64,000 nucleotides of DNA from Desulfurococcales archaeon (GCA_027022365.1 JALVYU010000026.1:32001-96000), one strand, 5' to 3'. Positions 10,162-22,087 are shown, numbered from the stretch's first letter. Notes: generated by a model from the letters alone, not told the origin. Numbers and translations are program-made.

Positions 10162-11172
10162 CTATATCACCGGCACCAGTTTACCTCTGTGCTCATATAC
10201 ACCTAAGACGATCCTGTAATCTCCATACCACGAGCTCCTCTGAAGTAATCCTTCGACAATAGCGCATCCACCCTCATATAGAAACGGTATATATAGTGCT
10301 TCGAAAGAAGTAATTTTTCTGAGTTTATATTCCTTGCCTTGTAGAAACTCGTACTTGTTTATCAAGGCCTCCGATGGATAATTCAGGGCACTTAATTGGT
10401 GGTTATCAAAACATATTTTTACCTTAACGTATCCTGTGTTTCGCCATGGCTCCATTAAATCAAGGGATCTCGCTATACCATCATTATATATTATCGAATA
10501 ATCGATACCTTCTATCTTGCCTCGTCTCCAGGGCCTGTAAAAGTATTTACGTATAGTTTCTCTACTTATCCCTAATCGTTCTTCTAATCGTTTACTCCAT
10601 AAAGCTAGCTCATACTCATTAAACGTCCTAACAATACCCCTTCTTCCAACTGTCTCGCTGAGAGCTTCTATAACTTTTAGCGAGTCACGCCATCCGTACA
10701 CCGTAAGGTCTATATCGCTCGTGCCGGGCACATGGATGCCCACTAGAATTGAGCCGGTAATGCCTATGCTTACCTTGCCAGTATACATTTTTATAGTGTC
10801 AATTAGTTCTAGCGCAATAACTTCAAGACGATCTCTAGGATGGCAGATCAAGCTATATGTTCGTTGAATAGGGTCATATACCGCCATGATCTTATCACGA
10901 GGAATAATCGGGGATGAGCATCCATAGCTATGTATGTAAATCCTCCAGGGTGTGCTTCCATGTACCACTATGGGATCATATACAGGGACAAGTCTACGGT
11001 ACCTATATAGAGAGTCGTGCCAAGGACCAACTTGTCTCGAACCAGCACAATATTTTTGATAACCAACAACATATCCAGCTGAATGCGCATTACCAACAAC
11101 AACAGCATAACAATTATTTCTTAGCTTCAGATAATAGTGGTCAAGAACATCAATGTCTAACACATGGTTCAC
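10162..11172 (-). CDS. putative nucleotidyltransferase (Pol beta superfamily)
   Basis: GITGS...SDIDL motif. Confidence 0.7.
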   Translation of the reverse strand: MNHVLDIDVLDHYYLKLRNNCYAVVVGNAHSAGYVVGYQKYCAGSRQVGPWHDSLYRYRRLVPVYDPIVVHGSTPWRIYIHSYGCSSPIIPRDKIMAVYDPIQRTYSLICHPRDRLEVIALELIDTIKMYTGKVSIGITGSILVGIHVPGTSDIDLTVYGWRDSLKVIEALSETVGRRGIVRTFNEYELALWSKRLEERLGISRETIRKYFYRPWRRGKIEGIDYSIIYNDGIARSLDLMEPWRNTGYVKVKICFDNHQLSALNYPSEALINKYEFLQGKEYKLRKITSFEALYIPFLYEGGCAIVEGLLQRSSWYGDYRIVLGVYEHRGKLVPVI

Positions 11173-11230
11173 CGTATTGTAGGTATTACACCTACACTAA
11201 CTATGTAGTTATGTGAAGAAATAATAAGCG

Positions 11231-11917
11231 GTGATTCAAAGAATGGTGAAAATAATCTCATTCGATATTGATGGAACTCTTCTCGATAGCTATACTGGAA
11301 TACCGTTATTCTACAAGGACTTATTCATAAAGGAAAACAAATTGCTTACAAGGAGAAAAAACATAGATTTCCGAATGGTCTGTAGAGCAGAAGGTATGGC
11401 GGACGAGCTCGGGTTACTAAGAGATGAATGGTGGAGTAAAATACTTGGTATACGTGATCGAGTGCTATTTACGGAATTATTGGTCAGGTATTGGAAGTAT
11501 AGGATAGAGCATTCCAAACTACTGCCCGGCGCGCTCAAGGTATTGTTGGGCTTCAGAAGAGCCGGGTTTAAAGTTATAAGCATAAGCTACGGCGACGACA
11601 TATTAGGTCTTAAAAGATATAGGATTGCACTCTATGGACTGGAAAGATTTTTCGACGAAATAATAATAATAAATGACGACGTACCCACAAGGTCAGAAGC
11701 CATTAAGTATATTCTATGGAAGTATAGGCCTGAGAAGCTCGTCGTTGTAGATGACAAATGCAGAGTGCTTGAAAGCATTAAGTCTGAATCGGAAATTATT
11801 GAGACTGTCCACATGGTCTTTCCCTACCCCGAATGTATGGGGATACAATATAGAAGATGCGGTGATACAGAGGTCTATAATCTCTATGAGCTAAGAAAAG
11901 AATATGGTGTAATATAG
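11231..11917 (+). CDS. HAD-superfamily hydrolase
   Basis: FDIDGTL motif I, VVVDD motif IV. Confidence 0.8.
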   Translation: MIQRMVKIISFDIDGTLLDSYTGIPLFYKDLFIKENKLLTRRKNIDFRMVCRAEGMADELGLLRDEWWSKILGIRDRVLFTELLVRYWKYRIEHSKLLPGALKVLLGFRRAGFKVISISYGDDILGLKRYRIALYGLERFFDEIIIINDDVPTRSEAIKYILWKYRPEKLVVVDDKCRVLESIKSESEIIETVHMVFPYPECMGIQYRRCGDTEVYNLYELRKEYGVI

Positions 11918-11955
11918 TGTCAGGCTAGGGCTCGGGCCTCTACTCGTGACCGATG

Positions 11956-13158
11956 TTATACAGGTGTCGGTTCGTCAACCTCCTTGAGTTGCTCGATAAC
12001 ATATTTCCTTATCTCTTCAAGGCTGGGGAGCCGCCGGACTATATTACCGTTCTCAATATACTTGACCAGAAGGGGCTCGTAGCCCTGCGGAATACATCCT
12101 TTCTCGAATGGCTTTACTATATCGTTTAATCCGGGTCTTCTTCGAAGCAGTTGCTTGGCTCCAGGTAGCTTACCTCTCTTCGTGAATGGCACCCATTTCC
12201 CGTTTTCTTCGACCTCGACTATGTCGGCGCTGATATCGATTGAGGGCGGAAATGATACGCTTGTTCCTATTCCGAATGCGTCAACGATGTCTCTTAGTTC
12301 TACAAGGCTTTTCTCGTCAATGCCTCCGCTAACCACGATTTTTACATGTTTGTAGCCGTGGAGATCTAATGTCCATCTAACTTCTTCGACTATGGCCCTC
12401 ATATTACCTCTGCGACTACTAGGAGTGTCCAGTCTGACCCCATATAGTTTGTCTCCGAGGGTTTCAGCCGCCATGAGCGATTCTATGCGTTCATCATATA
12501 GTGTGTCGACGAGCATTATCCTTGGAACGTTTTCTTCAACTATTTCATCGAATGCTTTCCAGGCCTTCACCTGGTCTCCAAATACGAGTATGAGTGCATG
12601 GGGCATTGTACCGACTGGTCTTAACCCTAAATATTTTCGGCTTATTGTTCCAGAGACTGCGTCCATTCCCCCAATATAGGCGGCTCTATCCGCCATCGGT
12701 GCGAGGGCTGGGTGAAGAGCCCTTAGGCCGAAGAACAATAGTGTTTTATTCATTGCGAGTCTCTTCATCCTGGCTGCTTTAGAAGCTATGCTCGAATAAT
12801 GACGGAGTATTCCAAGGAGAGGAGTTTCGTAAATGGAGAAATCATCGTAATAACCTTCAATTATCATGAGGGGCTCTCCGGCTTTAAACAATGTACCCTC
12901 TAGTAAAGCATATACAGTGAGGGGTTTACCTTCAAGGAGCTTTAACGCCTCTTCCAGCCCTGCAAACACTGCCCATTCATAGCCTCTAGGCAACTTGTTC
13001 ACATGAAGTTCTATCCTGACTTTTTTCCTAAGGTTTTTTGCCCGTAGGATTTTACGTGTCCTTACAAAATAGATATCCGTTACCTCACCATCATAGATTT
13101 CCTTATCTGTCGCAATGTAGAAACGACGCATAATATTTTCTCCCATCGGTTCACTCAC
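11956..13158 (-). CDS. pncB: nicotinate phosphoribosyltransferase
   Basis: TDIYF, FGLR, GTMPH, LVDT, VRLDTP, VSGG. Confidence 0.9.
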   Translation of the reverse strand: MSEPMGENIMRRFYIATDKEIYDGEVTDIYFVRTRKILRAKNLRKKVRIELHVNKLPRGYEWAVFAGLEEALKLLEGKPLTVYALLEGTLFKAGEPLMIIEGYYDDFSIYETPLLGILRHYSSIASKAARMKRLAMNKTLLFFGLRALHPALAPMADRAAYIGGMDAVSGTISRKYLGLRPVGTMPHALILVFGDQVKAWKAFDEIVEENVPRIMLVDTLYDERIESLMAAETLGDKLYGVRLDTPSSRRGNMRAIVEEVRWTLDLHGYKHVKIVVSGGIDEKSLVELRDIVDAFGIGTSVSFPPSIDISADIVEVEENGKWVPFTKRGKLPGAKQLLRRRPGLNDIVKPFEKGCIPQGYEPLLVKYIENGNIVRRLPSLEEIRKYVIEQLKEVDEPTPV

Positions 13159-13576
13159 CCATCACCATGACTATCACATGCCTCAACGATCTCGGTCCAT
13201 CCATTTCAACAACAAATATGTTCTGCCAAGTACCCCTCACAAGCCTGCCGTTTATCACCGGGAATACTCTATCGGCTCCGATCAATGCTGAACCTATATG
13301 AGCATGTGCATTATCATCTATAATGTTGTGTCTCCACTTACTACTGCCAGGCTCGGTTAGCTCCTTGATCTTCGCCAGTATATCGGATATAAGTCCGGAT
13401 TCGTGTTCATTAGCGATTATAGCCGCAGTTGCATGGGGGGCGAATACGAGGCACATACCGTTCTTAATACTGCTCTCCTCCACGATCTGCTCAACTTCAT
13501 GAGTGATATCTATGAGCTCGAACTTGTTATGAGTGGAGATTCTTATTTCACGGTAATAGACTTTCAAAGCATGCAC
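13151..13576 (-). CDS. yjbQ: YjbQ/UPF0047 family protein
   Basis: [25 protein letters not shown]. Confidence 0.9.
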   Translation of the reverse strand: MHALKVYYREIRISTHNKFELIDITHEVEQIVEESSIKNGMCLVFAPHATAAIIANEHESGLISDILAKIKELTEPGSSKWRHNIIDDNAHAHIGSALIGADRVFPVINGRLVRGTWQNIFVVEMDGPRSLRHVIVMVMGE

Positions 13577-13618
13577 CCAAGTCTTTTTTCAAACCGAATA
13601 ATTTAGATATAAGGAAAT

Positions 13619-14290
13619 TTATACCGCTCGATACACAAGCACTACTTCGCCAGTCATATGATCTACTTGTATTGATTCCAGCTTTAGTTCAATTATTCTA
13701 TTTAGCTCAATATTTATTGAAGGTGTGCCATTGAGTCCTATTATTTTCGGGGATAAACTCACGATCAACTCATCAACTAATCCCTTGATAATAAGTTCTC
13801 CGATCAATCTTCCACCGCCCTGCACGAGTACTTTGTCTACATGGTATTTCTTGTAGAGTACCTCGAAGGCCTCGGCAAGATCAATCCTATTTGTTTCGTC
13901 AAGGGGCTCAAGAAACTCTAATAGGACATTATTTTCAAACAATTTTCTTGCTTTAGAAGTTCCTAAGAATTTTGATGACGTGAATATTATCGTTGGTAAT
14001 ATCCTTGTGTCTAATACTTTAGCGCTTAAAGGTATTGTTAGATTGCCGTCAATAATTACCCGGTATGGTTTCTTCGGGGCACTGTCCAATGGCCTGGGGG
14101 CCAGAATGGGATCATCAACCACTACTGTATTAGCCCCTATAACTACAGCATCGACATTTCTGCGAAGATAATACATTCTCTCCAAATCCCTATAAGAACT
14201 CAGGAGAGTCCTCTTCCCTCTAAATCCGATCCGACCATCAACTGTTTGTGTAACAAATACTATGATATACGGTCTAGTATAGGTCTTCAT
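13619..14290 (-). CDS. RibD C-terminal/Rib7-type pyrimidine reductase
   Basis: TVDGRI, DAVVIGANTV..DDP.L, QGGG, LVDE. Confidence 0.8.
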   Translation of the reverse strand: MKTYTRPYIIVFVTQTVDGRIGFRGKRTLLSSYRDLERMYYLRRNVDAVVIGANTVVVDDPILAPRPLDSAPKKPYRVIIDGNLTIPLSAKVLDTRILPTIIFTSSKFLGTSKARKLFENNVLLEFLEPLDETNRIDLAEAFEVLYKKYHVDKVLVQGGGRLIGELIIKGLVDELIVSLSPKIIGLNGTPSINIELNRIIELKLESIQVDHMTGEVVLVYRAV

Positions 14291-14382
14291 TATACCATTT
14301 ACACCTAAGAACCATAGTATAATTAGTGAGTTTTTACTCTATTTTGTATTGGGTATTAGAGGAACGCGTTGAGGTGATCTAT

Positions 14383-14949
14383 ATGGAGGACTGGGAGAAG
14401 AGAAGGAAGGATAGAGAGTACCGAGATATATTCAGCATGATCGACGAGTTCATCCGAGAGATCGAGAGAGAATTCTACAGGTTCTTCAATGAAATAGAGT
14501 TCTCACCATTTACACCTCTATCGCTCGGCAAAGAAGGCGAGTACAAGATCATGGGCCCCTACGTATACGGTTTCAGAATAACAATAGGTCCTGATGGGAA
14601 ACCGATAATTGAAGAGTTCGGTAATGTAAGACGAGTACGCGGAAAGCCTAAGATCAGTGAGGAGCGCGAACCACTGGTAGACGTATTTGAAAACGATGAC
14701 GAGATAATTGTGGTGGCGGAGATACCCGGCGTCGAGAAAGATAACATAAAGGTAGAGGTTTCCGACGACAGGAAAAGGCTTATCATAAGGGCAAGCGATG
14801 AGAAAAGAAAGTACTATAAAGAGGTAGAACTACCAGCAGAAGTTGACCCGGAGAGCGCTAAAGCAAACTATAAGAACGGCGTTCTCGAGGTTAGGCTCAA
14901 AAAAATCAAGAATAAACAGAAGAAAACATATGAGATCAAAGTAGAGTGA
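14383..14949 (+). CDS. hsp20: small heat-shock protein Hsp20
   Basis: GPYVYGF, EPLVDV, AEIPGV, YKNGVLEV; GGTGA RBS before ATG 14383. Confidence 0.9.
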   Translation: MEDWEKRRKDREYRDIFSMIDEFIREIEREFYRFFNEIEFSPFTPLSLGKEGEYKIMGPYVYGFRITIGPDGKPIIEEFGNVRRVRGKPKISEEREPLVDVFENDDEIIVVAEIPGVEKDNIKVEVSDDRKRLIIRASDEKRKYYKEVELPAEVDPESAKANYKNGVLEVRLKKIKNKQKKTYEIKVE

Positions 14950-15008
14950 TTTTTTCCATAACAGGATAAATCTCTTCATAAAACCCAAATTAGGGGTGTT
15001 AAATATCT

Positions 15009-15536
15009 ATGCATTTGATTGTATTAAGCGATACACACGACAATATGCCTGTCATAAAGAAGCTCGTAGAAATTATTAACTCGAAGTACAAGGGCGATAA
15101 AATAATTGTGCATTTGGGTGACATGATAAGCCCCTTTGCTGCCCGCTACTTAGTTGAAAATCTTGAAGATATCGCGAGAGGTGTTTTTGTCTTTGGGAAT
15201 AATGATGGCGATAAGATATTACTGTCCAAAATACTTGGTAAAGCTGGATGGGAAGTATATAACGGTCCATCAATCATTGAAATCTTCAACAAGAAGGTAC
15301 TTGTGATGCACGGTTTTGACGGCCCAGAACATACCACGATGATCGCCGACACCCTATCACAGGCTGAGAATGTAGATGCTGTATTCTATGGTCATACACA
15401 TAGATTAGACTATAGGATCATTAAGGGAAAAATAATAGTTAATCCCGGCGAAGTATGCGGTTATCTAACAGGTAAGTCAACGTTCATGGTTCTCGACAAG
15501 GATACCTTTAAGCCGGAAATAATAGAAATACAGTAA
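15009..15536 (+). CDS. YfcE-like metallophosphoesterase
   Basis: SDTH, GD, GNND, HG, GHTH, NPGE. Confidence 0.9.
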   Translation: MHLIVLSDTHDNMPVIKKLVEIINSKYKGDKIIVHLGDMISPFAARYLVENLEDIARGVFVFGNNDGDKILLSKILGKAGWEVYNGPSIIEIFNKKVLVMHGFDGPEHTTMIADTLSQAENVDAVFYGHTHRLDYRIIKGKIIVNPGEVCGYLTGKSTFMVLDKDTFKPEIIEIQ

Positions 15537-15625
15537 ATCACCGTACAAACAATCAGTAGGTTTAAGAAAAACCAGGAATAGTTTATTCATAAGCACGTTT
15601 CTAAGGTTATGAATGGTGATCTATT

Positions 15626-16492
15626 ATGTTTGAGGGCAAAAAACTGAAAAGCGCGAGCATTCCCGAGGATGAATCAAAGAGACAATACCATATAATGGCT
15701 AAACCCGGTGATGTCAGCAGATATGTGCTTCTACCCGGAGACCCTGGCCGTGTGAGAAAAATCGCTTCTTACTGGGAAAAATCATGGGAGGTGGCCTCCC
15801 ACCGCGAATACCTCACATACAGCGGCTACTACAAGGGTGTATTTATCTCAGCCACTAGTACTGGAATAGGTTCTCCATCTACCGCCATTGCGGTCGAGGA
15901 ACTCGCCAGAATAGGTGCAGACACATTTATCAGAGTAGGAACAACAGGTGCTCTCAGAAAAGATGTCCGGGTAGGAGACCTGATAATATCAACCGCCGCT
16001 GTTAGACTGGAAGGAACAAGCAAGGAATACGTTATCCCAGAATACCCGGCATCAGCATCCATAGATGTCGTCATGGCCTTAATAGCCGCTGCCGAGGAGC
16101 TCGGGGTGAGATACCACCTAGGCATTACAGCCAGTACCGATAGTTTCTATGTGGGCCAAGAAAGACCTGGTTTAAGAGGTTATCTCCCACCCTTCAAGAA
16201 GGGATTGGTTGATTTCCTTCGCTCAGTAAATGTACTGAACTTCGAGATGGAGGCAGCGACGATATTCACACTAGCAAATATTTATGGGTTAAGAGCAGGG
16301 GCTGTATGCGCAGCAATAGCCAATAGGGAGACAGAAGAATTCGTTATGGAGGCTGGTGTTGAAGATGCTGTAAAGGTTGCAAACGAGGCCGTCAGGATAT
16401 TGTGCGAATGGGATGAAGAAATGGAGAAGCATGGCAAAAAGAACATAACGCCAGACATAATACGCGATTGGTTATCCAAGATAAGAGGTTGA
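15626..16492 (+). CDS. udp: uridine/nucleoside phosphorylase
   Basis: LPGDPGR, GIGSPS, RVGTTG, FEMEAA. Confidence 0.85.
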   Translation: MFEGKKLKSASIPEDESKRQYHIMAKPGDVSRYVLLPGDPGRVRKIASYWEKSWEVASHREYLTYSGYYKGVFISATSTGIGSPSTAIAVEELARIGADTFIRVGTTGALRKDVRVGDLIISTAAVRLEGTSKEYVIPEYPASASIDVVMALIAAAEELGVRYHLGITASTDSFYVGQERPGLRGYLPPFKKGLVDFLRSVNVLNFEMEAATIFTLANIYGLRAGAVCAAIANRETEEFVMEAGVEDAVKVANEAVRILCEWDEEMEKHGKKNITPDIIRDWLSKIRG

Positions 16493-17445
16493 ACGTTTTG
16501 AGGAAAAACAGACCCTTACACATAAGTGTGGGTAATCTTAACATAGACATATCTATGTATGTACAGTCTTTCCCCGGCCCGGATGAAAGCGTGATCGCAG
16601 ACGATGCGTTAATCTCCTGCGGGGGCTCAGCAACCAATTATGCTGTTGCTGTTACGTATTACGGGCACAAAGCCACCCTTATTGCGAGCACTTCGCAGAT
16701 CGGCTTCATAGATTATCTCCTAGAGGATCTAGAGAGGATAGGCGTGGATATATCATATATTAAACGTGTTCAAGGACCTCCTGGCATCGTATCAGTTATA
16801 GTTAGCAAGGATGGCGAGAAGATAATGATAAAGCACCGAGGGGCAAACGAGTTCCTAAGCCCTAACGATATACCAAGACAACTAATCAGTAGGGCAAACA
16901 TTGTTCACCTCGCAAGTATCCCTCCCTCAATAGCGGTAGAGATAGCTAAGAGAGCTAGCGGACTAGGAATACTTGTGAGCTATGACCCGGGCAATTACGC
17001 TCTATCGCTGCCAGCCGAAGTACGTGAAGTAATACCTTACCTATCCATACTCTTTGTCAACAGGAGAGAAGCTAAGGCCCTAGGAGGCACAAACATAGAT
17101 AAGATCGCTAGGCTAGGCCCTCAATACATAGTCGTTAAGAAGGGGCCTGGCGGAGCATTTGTCATAACACCAGGACGCCTCATATACTACGGTGTGACAA
17201 AACCTATTAGGCCCCCAATAGACTCTACCGGGGCAGGAGACGCGTTCGACGCATTCTTCAACGCGGTAATACTGGACTCAAAGGATCCGGGAAAAGCACT
17301 CATGTATGCTATCGCTGCAGGAGCACTGAAGACCACGTGCCGGGGAAGCAGGCTATGCTATGATAGGGCGTTGTTCAATCAACAACTATCCGAAACTAGT
17401 GTTGAAGCCCTCAAAAACCCTGAGGAATGGATCATAGAAGACTGA
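16468..17445 (+). CDS. PfkB-family carbohydrate/nucleoside kinase
   Basis: GGSATN, DSTGAGDAF. Confidence 0.85.
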   Translation: MVIQDKRLNVLRKNRPLHISVGNLNIDISMYVQSFPGPDESVIADDALISCGGSATNYAVAVTYYGHKATLIASTSQIGFIDYLLEDLERIGVDISYIKRVQGPPGIVSVIVSKDGEKIMIKHRGANEFLSPNDIPRQLISRANIVHLASIPPSIAVEIAKRASGLGILVSYDPGNYALSLPAEVREVIPYLSILFVNRREAKALGGTNIDKIARLGPQYIVVKKGPGGAFVITPGRLIYYGVTKPIRPPIDSTGAGDAFDAFFNAVILDSKDPGKALMYAIAAGALKTTCRGSRLCYDRALFNQQLSETSVEALKNPEEWIIED

Positions 17446-17451
17446 CAAGCT

Positions 17452-18144
17452 ATGAATGGATCACCGGATAGAACAGTGAAAACCATTAAAGATCACCATA
17501 GCGAAGAAAACGGTTCAACCGGTAATTATAGTAGGATATTTTTTCATCGGGAATTACTCCTTATATATCCTATAATAACAATAGATCAAGTACGCACGCT
17601 TATTCGATGCCAAGAGACATTTAAGGAAATCATTTCGAGTCTTGAGAAAGTAAAAATGCTTGTTATCATAAATGATAGAAACAAGGAGATAAACACTCTT
17701 TTAAAAATAATGTCAGCAGCAGTTGTGCGTGAACCCGAGCATTTAATCGAGATAGCCGAGAATATTTCAACTCTATTGGGATCCAGTAGCTTGAGCGAAA
17801 AAGAGCACGCTCTATACGAGCTATCATATTACAAGGAGATTTACGGCGAATTACTAATACTCGAACTGATCAAGGTTTGCAAAGACACTGGAATTCAAAC
17901 CATGCAGAAGGAAGAGACGAAGAGGCTATTCGGAGAAATATTTGCAGACAGATTAGATAAAAGGATGACTATAACGTTTATCTCTGAATATACTATCTGC
18001 AGGGACAGGGACAAATTAGTAGATATTTTAAAATGTATTGTTAGCCCGTTGAGCAAAAGATATACCATAACGTTTCTGTTACCGCAAGAACTATTGTTTC
18101 TAAAGAAACTAATTCCATGCAAACCAATTATTATACAGTGCTAA
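17452..18144 (+). CDS. hypothetical protein
   Basis: 230-aa ORF in operon context. Confidence 0.55.
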   Translation: MNGSPDRTVKTIKDHHSEENGSTGNYSRIFFHRELLLIYPIITIDQVRTLIRCQETFKEIISSLEKVKMLVIINDRNKEINTLLKIMSAAVVREPEHLIEIAENISTLLGSSSLSEKEHALYELSYYKEIYGELLILELIKVCKDTGIQTMQKEETKRLFGEIFADRLDKRMTITFISEYTICRDRDKLVDILKCIVSPLSKRYTITFLLPQELLFLKKLIPCKPIIIQC

Positions 18145-18165
18145 AATGTAGAAGAGGATATCATA

Positions 18166-18492
18166 ATGACTAAGAGGGAGGATCTAAAAATATATCGGAA
18201 CGAAGATGTGCTCGAGATAATCGCTGCTATACCTCGTGGGCATTACCATACGAGGTTTTTAATAAGATTTAAAGATCAGGAAATCCTATTACAAGAGGCA
18301 ACCATAGCAGCGATTGTTCGGGCTTATGCGTTGGTCTCCCTCCATCCTTTAAGAAGGGGGGTAATCCTAAGGAATAAGTCATTAAAGAAACATGAAAAGA
18401 AAATAGGCTTCGCCTACAACCAGTTAATCGAGATACCCGGTTCCGAGGAAGAAGCCTTAGACATTATTTCGTCGATCGTTGGTGATAAGTGA
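18166..18492 (+). CDS. hypothetical protein
   Basis: 108-aa ORF with GAGG RBS in operon context. Confidence 0.7.
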   Translation: MTKREDLKIYRNEDVLEIIAAIPRGHYHTRFLIRFKDQEILLQEATIAAIVRAYALVSLHPLRRGVILRNKSLKKHEKKIGFAYNQLIEIPGSEEEALDIISSIVGDK

Positions 18493-18495
18493 GAA

Positions 18496-18912
18496 ATGGC
18501 TAGGATTAAATATGTTCCCGACCAGAAAATCAAAGAGATCGTAGATACTATAGTGTCCTCTATACCAGAATATTTTAGCCATATAGATACTGCTAGAGTG
18601 TTCGTTTACAGAAGCTACAATAGTAGGAGCGGAGTAATAGCTAGGATCCATGGTTTTCCAAGGATATGGCAACTGGCGCTTGGAAGCAGGCCAGCCTATA
18701 TTATTGAGATTATAAGTGAGAACTTCGATCTTCTCCAATGCCATGACAAGATCAGAACAATAATTCACGAGCTCCTTCACATACCTAAAACGTTCAGTGG
18801 CGGTCTTCGTCCTCATGGTAGATACGTTAATCCACAGATAATAAACAGGGCCTTCCGTATTTTGTCCAGTAGACTGGAGATAGAGGATTTATGTAATAGG
18901 TTTGGGTGTTGA
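18496..18912 (+). CDS. putative zinc metallopeptidase
   Basis: HELLH (HExxH) plus downstream RPH. Confidence 0.75.
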   Translation: MARIKYVPDQKIKEIVDTIVSSIPEYFSHIDTARVFVYRSYNSRSGVIARIHGFPRIWQLALGSRPAYIIEIISENFDLLQCHDKIRTIIHELLHIPKTFSGGLRPHGRYVNPQIINRAFRILSSRLEIEDLCNRFGC

Positions 18913-18933
18913 AATATATCTTGGTGTTAGGAA

Positions 18934-20061
18934 TTGAAGCTCTACGAGTTTGAGGCAAAGAAGATTGTTAGGGACTATGGCATACCCGTACCAGATGGAA
19001 TGCTTGCGAGGAATATCGATGAAGCTGTAGAGGCCGCGAAGAAAATCGGGGTTCCCGTCGTCCTCAAATCCCAAGTACTCGTTGGTAGGAGAGGTTTGGC
19101 AGGAGGCATCAGGATTGCTGAGACGCTAGAGGATGTTGCTAGAGAGGCGGAGAATTTGTTTAATACTAGGATAAGGGGAGAAGAAGTAAAGTACCTCCTG
19201 GTCGAGAAGAAGATCGATTTTAAGCGCGAGCTTTACTTATCTCTCACAATAGATAGGGCCGCCAGGAAATATGTGTTCCTAGCATCTCCCCTTGGCGGTG
19301 TTGAAATAGAGGAGCTGGTTAAACAGTATCCTGACAAGTTATTGAAGCTTTACATAGACCCGGCTACTGGTTATTCGCCATACATGTCTAGAACAGCCGC
19401 CAAATTCTTGGGGTTGTCTAAGGAGACGTGGAAGGACCTGCATAGTATTATGAATTCTATGTATAAATTGATGATAGAGCTCGATGCTGAACTAGTTGAG
19501 TTTAACCCATTAGCCGTTACAGACAAGGGACTTATAGCGCTCGACGCGAAGATCAGGATTGATGATAATTCTCTATATCGTCACCCGGAGCTGCAGGACA
19601 AGGCCTTAAGAGAGCTATCCCCTAGAGAACAGGTTGCTAAGAAGTATGGCTTCTCGTATGTTGAGCTAGACGGTAATATAGGGATAATATGTAATGGTGC
19701 TGGATTAACTATGGCTACAATGGATCTAGTGGCATATTATGGTGGTAAACCTGCAAACTTTCTCGATATAGGGGGAGGCGCGACAAGAGAGCGTGTCAGA
19801 GAAGCCACTAAGCTTATTCTCACGCACGAAAGAGTAAAGGTAGTTCTGATCAATATTTTTGGAGGAATTACAAGGTGCGATGAAGTGGCACGAGGGGTGA
19901 TCGAAGCCGTTGAAGAGACAGGAGCACATAAACCCATAGTGGTAAGAATGCTTGGAACAAACGAGGAGGAAGGCAGGAGAATCTTGGAGGAATACGGCTA
20001 CAAGGTTTTCTCTGAAGCAGACGAGGCTGTGAAAAAGGCCGTAGAACTTGCAAGGAGGTGA
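18934..20061 (+). CDS. sucC: succinyl-CoA synthetase beta subunit
   Basis: [41 protein letters not shown]. Confidence 0.92.
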   Translation: MKLYEFEAKKIVRDYGIPVPDGMLARNIDEAVEAAKKIGVPVVLKSQVLVGRRGLAGGIRIAETLEDVAREAENLFNTRIRGEEVKYLLVEKKIDFKRELYLSLTIDRAARKYVFLASPLGGVEIEELVKQYPDKLLKLYIDPATGYSPYMSRTAAKFLGLSKETWKDLHSIMNSMYKLMIELDAELVEFNPLAVTDKGLIALDAKIRIDDNSLYRHPELQDKALRELSPREQVAKKYGFSYVELDGNIGIICNGAGLTMATMDLVAYYGGKPANFLDIGGGATRERVREATKLILTHERVKVVLINIFGGITRCDEVARGVIEAVEETGAHKPIVVRMLGTNEEEGRRILEEYGYKVFSEADEAVKKAVELARR

Positions 20062-20067
20062 AAAAGT

Positions 20068-20940
20068 ATGGGCATACTCGTGGATAGAAACACTCGTGTA
20101 TTGATCCAAGGAATAACCGGAAGAGAGGGCTCCTTCCACACGAAGCTCATGCTGGAATATGGTACAAAGATAGTTGCAGGAGTTACCCCTGGTAAGGGCG
20201 GTCAAGTGGTACATGGGATCCCGGTATATGATACCGTCAAAGAAGCCGTTGAACACGTTGGCTCAATCGATGCATCCGTTGTCTTTGTCCCATCCCGTTT
20301 CGCCAGAGACGCTGTTCTAGAGGCGATTGATAATGGTATAAAGATCGTGGTAGTTATAACTGAGGGCATATCCGTTCACGACGAGGTCGTAATGGTTAAC
20401 CATGCAAAACATAATGGAACGATAATGATAGGGCCCAACACACCCGGCGTATTGACAGCAGGCGAAGCAAAGCTAGGGATCATGCCTGCACACGTCTTTA
20501 AGAAAGGATGCATAGGGGTTATCTCGAGGAGCGGGACTCTAACCTACGAGATAGCCAGGGAGCTAGGCAAAAAAGGATATGGCGTCTCAACAGTGGTGGG
20601 CATGGGCGGAGATCCTATTATCGGCATGAATTACATAGAACTATATGATCGCTTCGTTAGAGATCCTGAAACAAAAGCACTAGTAATCATTGGTGAAATA
20701 GGCGGTGATGCCGAGGAAAGATTCGCAAAATACTATGTGGGTACTGGGAGAGAAAAACCGATTGTAGCATATATTGCCGGAAGAACAGCGCCTCCGGGAA
20801 AGAGAATGGGGCATGCAGGTGCTATTATATCGATGGGGCTAGGAGACTATAAGTCCAAGAGAGAAGCATTAGAAAAAGCAGGCATACCTGTGGCCGATAA
20901 GCCGTCTGATGTGCCTAGGCTTCTAAGCGAAATACTATAA
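20068..20940 (+). CDS. sucD: succinyl-CoA synthetase alpha subunit
   Basis: [28 protein letters not shown]. Confidence 0.92.
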   Translation: MGILVDRNTRVLIQGITGREGSFHTKLMLEYGTKIVAGVTPGKGGQVVHGIPVYDTVKEAVEHVGSIDASVVFVPSRFARDAVLEAIDNGIKIVVVITEGISVHDEVVMVNHAKHNGTIMIGPNTPGVLTAGEAKLGIMPAHVFKKGCIGVISRSGTLTYEIARELGKKGYGVSTVVGMGGDPIIGMNYIELYDRFVRDPETKALVIIGEIGGDAEERFAKYYVGTGREKPIVAYIAGRTAPPGKRMGHAGAIISMGLGDYKSKREALEKAGIPVADKPSDVPRLLSEIL

Positions 20941-21007
20941 ACACGGTTAGCTAATCACACAAGTTTTATTTTTCACGAGACATAACTATTCTTTCAGGTG
21001 GAATATC

Positions 21008-21427
21008 ATGTCTGCAGTAGTGAAGGAGTTCGGCTCCTTCGGGGATCTATTAAAATCGATAGACAACGAATTAGCAGCTCTCCGTCAGCAGTTAGGCGAG
21101 TATTTAAGGAGACTAGAAGACATTAGGGCAAAAAGTGAGCAGGAAAGAAAGCTTAAGGAGCTATTGAAGAACCTCACCGGTGAAGAACCCAGCGGAAAAG
21201 GCAAGATAGTTGACCTCAAAGAATGCAAACTAATCATTAACCCCGACGCTGAACAGGAAGCAAGTGTTATGGAAGAATTGATCGACAGGATAAATAAGGC
21301 GATTCAGAACCTTCAGAGTATAAGGAAGGCATTAGAGCCTCTCTCAGGCGTAGAGGTCGAAGCAAAAATAGTCGTTATATATAAAGAAGGCGTCCCAACA
21401 ACAATAATGCTGAAACTAGCGTCCTAG
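21008..21427 (+). CDS. coiled-coil protein
   Basis: Heptad-rich 139-aa ORF, GGTGG RBS. Confidence 0.7.
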   Translation: MSAVVKEFGSFGDLLKSIDNELAALRQQLGEYLRRLEDIRAKSEQERKLKELLKNLTGEEPSGKGKIVDLKECKLIINPDAEQEASVMEELIDRINKAIQNLQSIRKALEPLSGVEVEAKIVVIYKEGVPTTIMLKLAS

Positions 21428-21553
21428 TCTGACCACTAGCTATTGTTAATGCCATTGAATACATAAACTAGAAAGATTTTGTGGAATTCTCTTGTCAATT
21501 CTCAACAATTATTTAAATCCGCCATTATCAATACTTCTAAAAAGGTGGTCCTC

Positions 21554-22087
21554 ATGGTTCTAGATAAGCTAGGCCCTGGCAAAAAAGCACCTGAAGAAGT
21601 AAATGTATTTATCGAAATACCTATGGGTAGCAATGTAAAATATGAGCTGGACAAGGAAACGGGGCTCATAAAGGTCGATAGAATACTATTCACAGCAATG
21701 TATTATCCATTCAACTATGGATTTGTTCCAGGCACTCTCGAGGAAGACGGTGATCCCGTCGACATACTGGTGATCTGTTACACACAGCTTCATCCAGGGG
21801 TAATCCTAAAAGCTCGCCCGATCGGCGTACTCCTAACAGAAGACGAAAAAGGCAAAGATGCTAAAATAGTTGCTGTACCTGTATCCAAGATCGATCCAAC
21901 ATGGGACAAAGTTAAAGACATTAATGATCTCCCAGCAATCATAAAGGAAAAGATCGCCCACTTCTTCGAGCACTACAAGGAACTTGAGAAAGGGAAGTGG
22001 GTTAAAGTAGTCGGATGGGAAGGAAGAGAGGCCGCACTAAAAAGAATAGAGGAAGCCATCAATAGGTATAACGAGTCTAAAAAGTGA
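21554..22087 (+). CDS. ppa: inorganic pyrophosphatase
   Basis: KYE, YPFNYG, DGDPVD, HFFEHYK; start moved to ATG 21554. Confidence 0.95.
   Translation: MVLDKLGPGKKAPEEVNVFIEIPMGSNVKYELDKETGLIKVDRILFTAMYYPFNYGFVPGTLEEDGDPVDILVICYTQLHPGVILKARPIGVLLTEDEKGKDAKIVAVPVSKIDPTWDKVKDINDLPAIIKEKIAHFFEHYKELEKGKWVKVVGWEGREAALKRIEEAINRYNESKK

Noticed and set aside
11918-11990. Possible C/D sRNA at the pncB 3' end (CTGA after a GC-rich stretch)
   Set aside because: C, D' and C' boxes too degenerate to support a call.
19726-20256. Long antisense ORFs (e.g. 176 aa over sucC/sucD, 174 aa over the helicase)
   Set aside because: Antisense shadows of well-supported genes with no motifs of their own.
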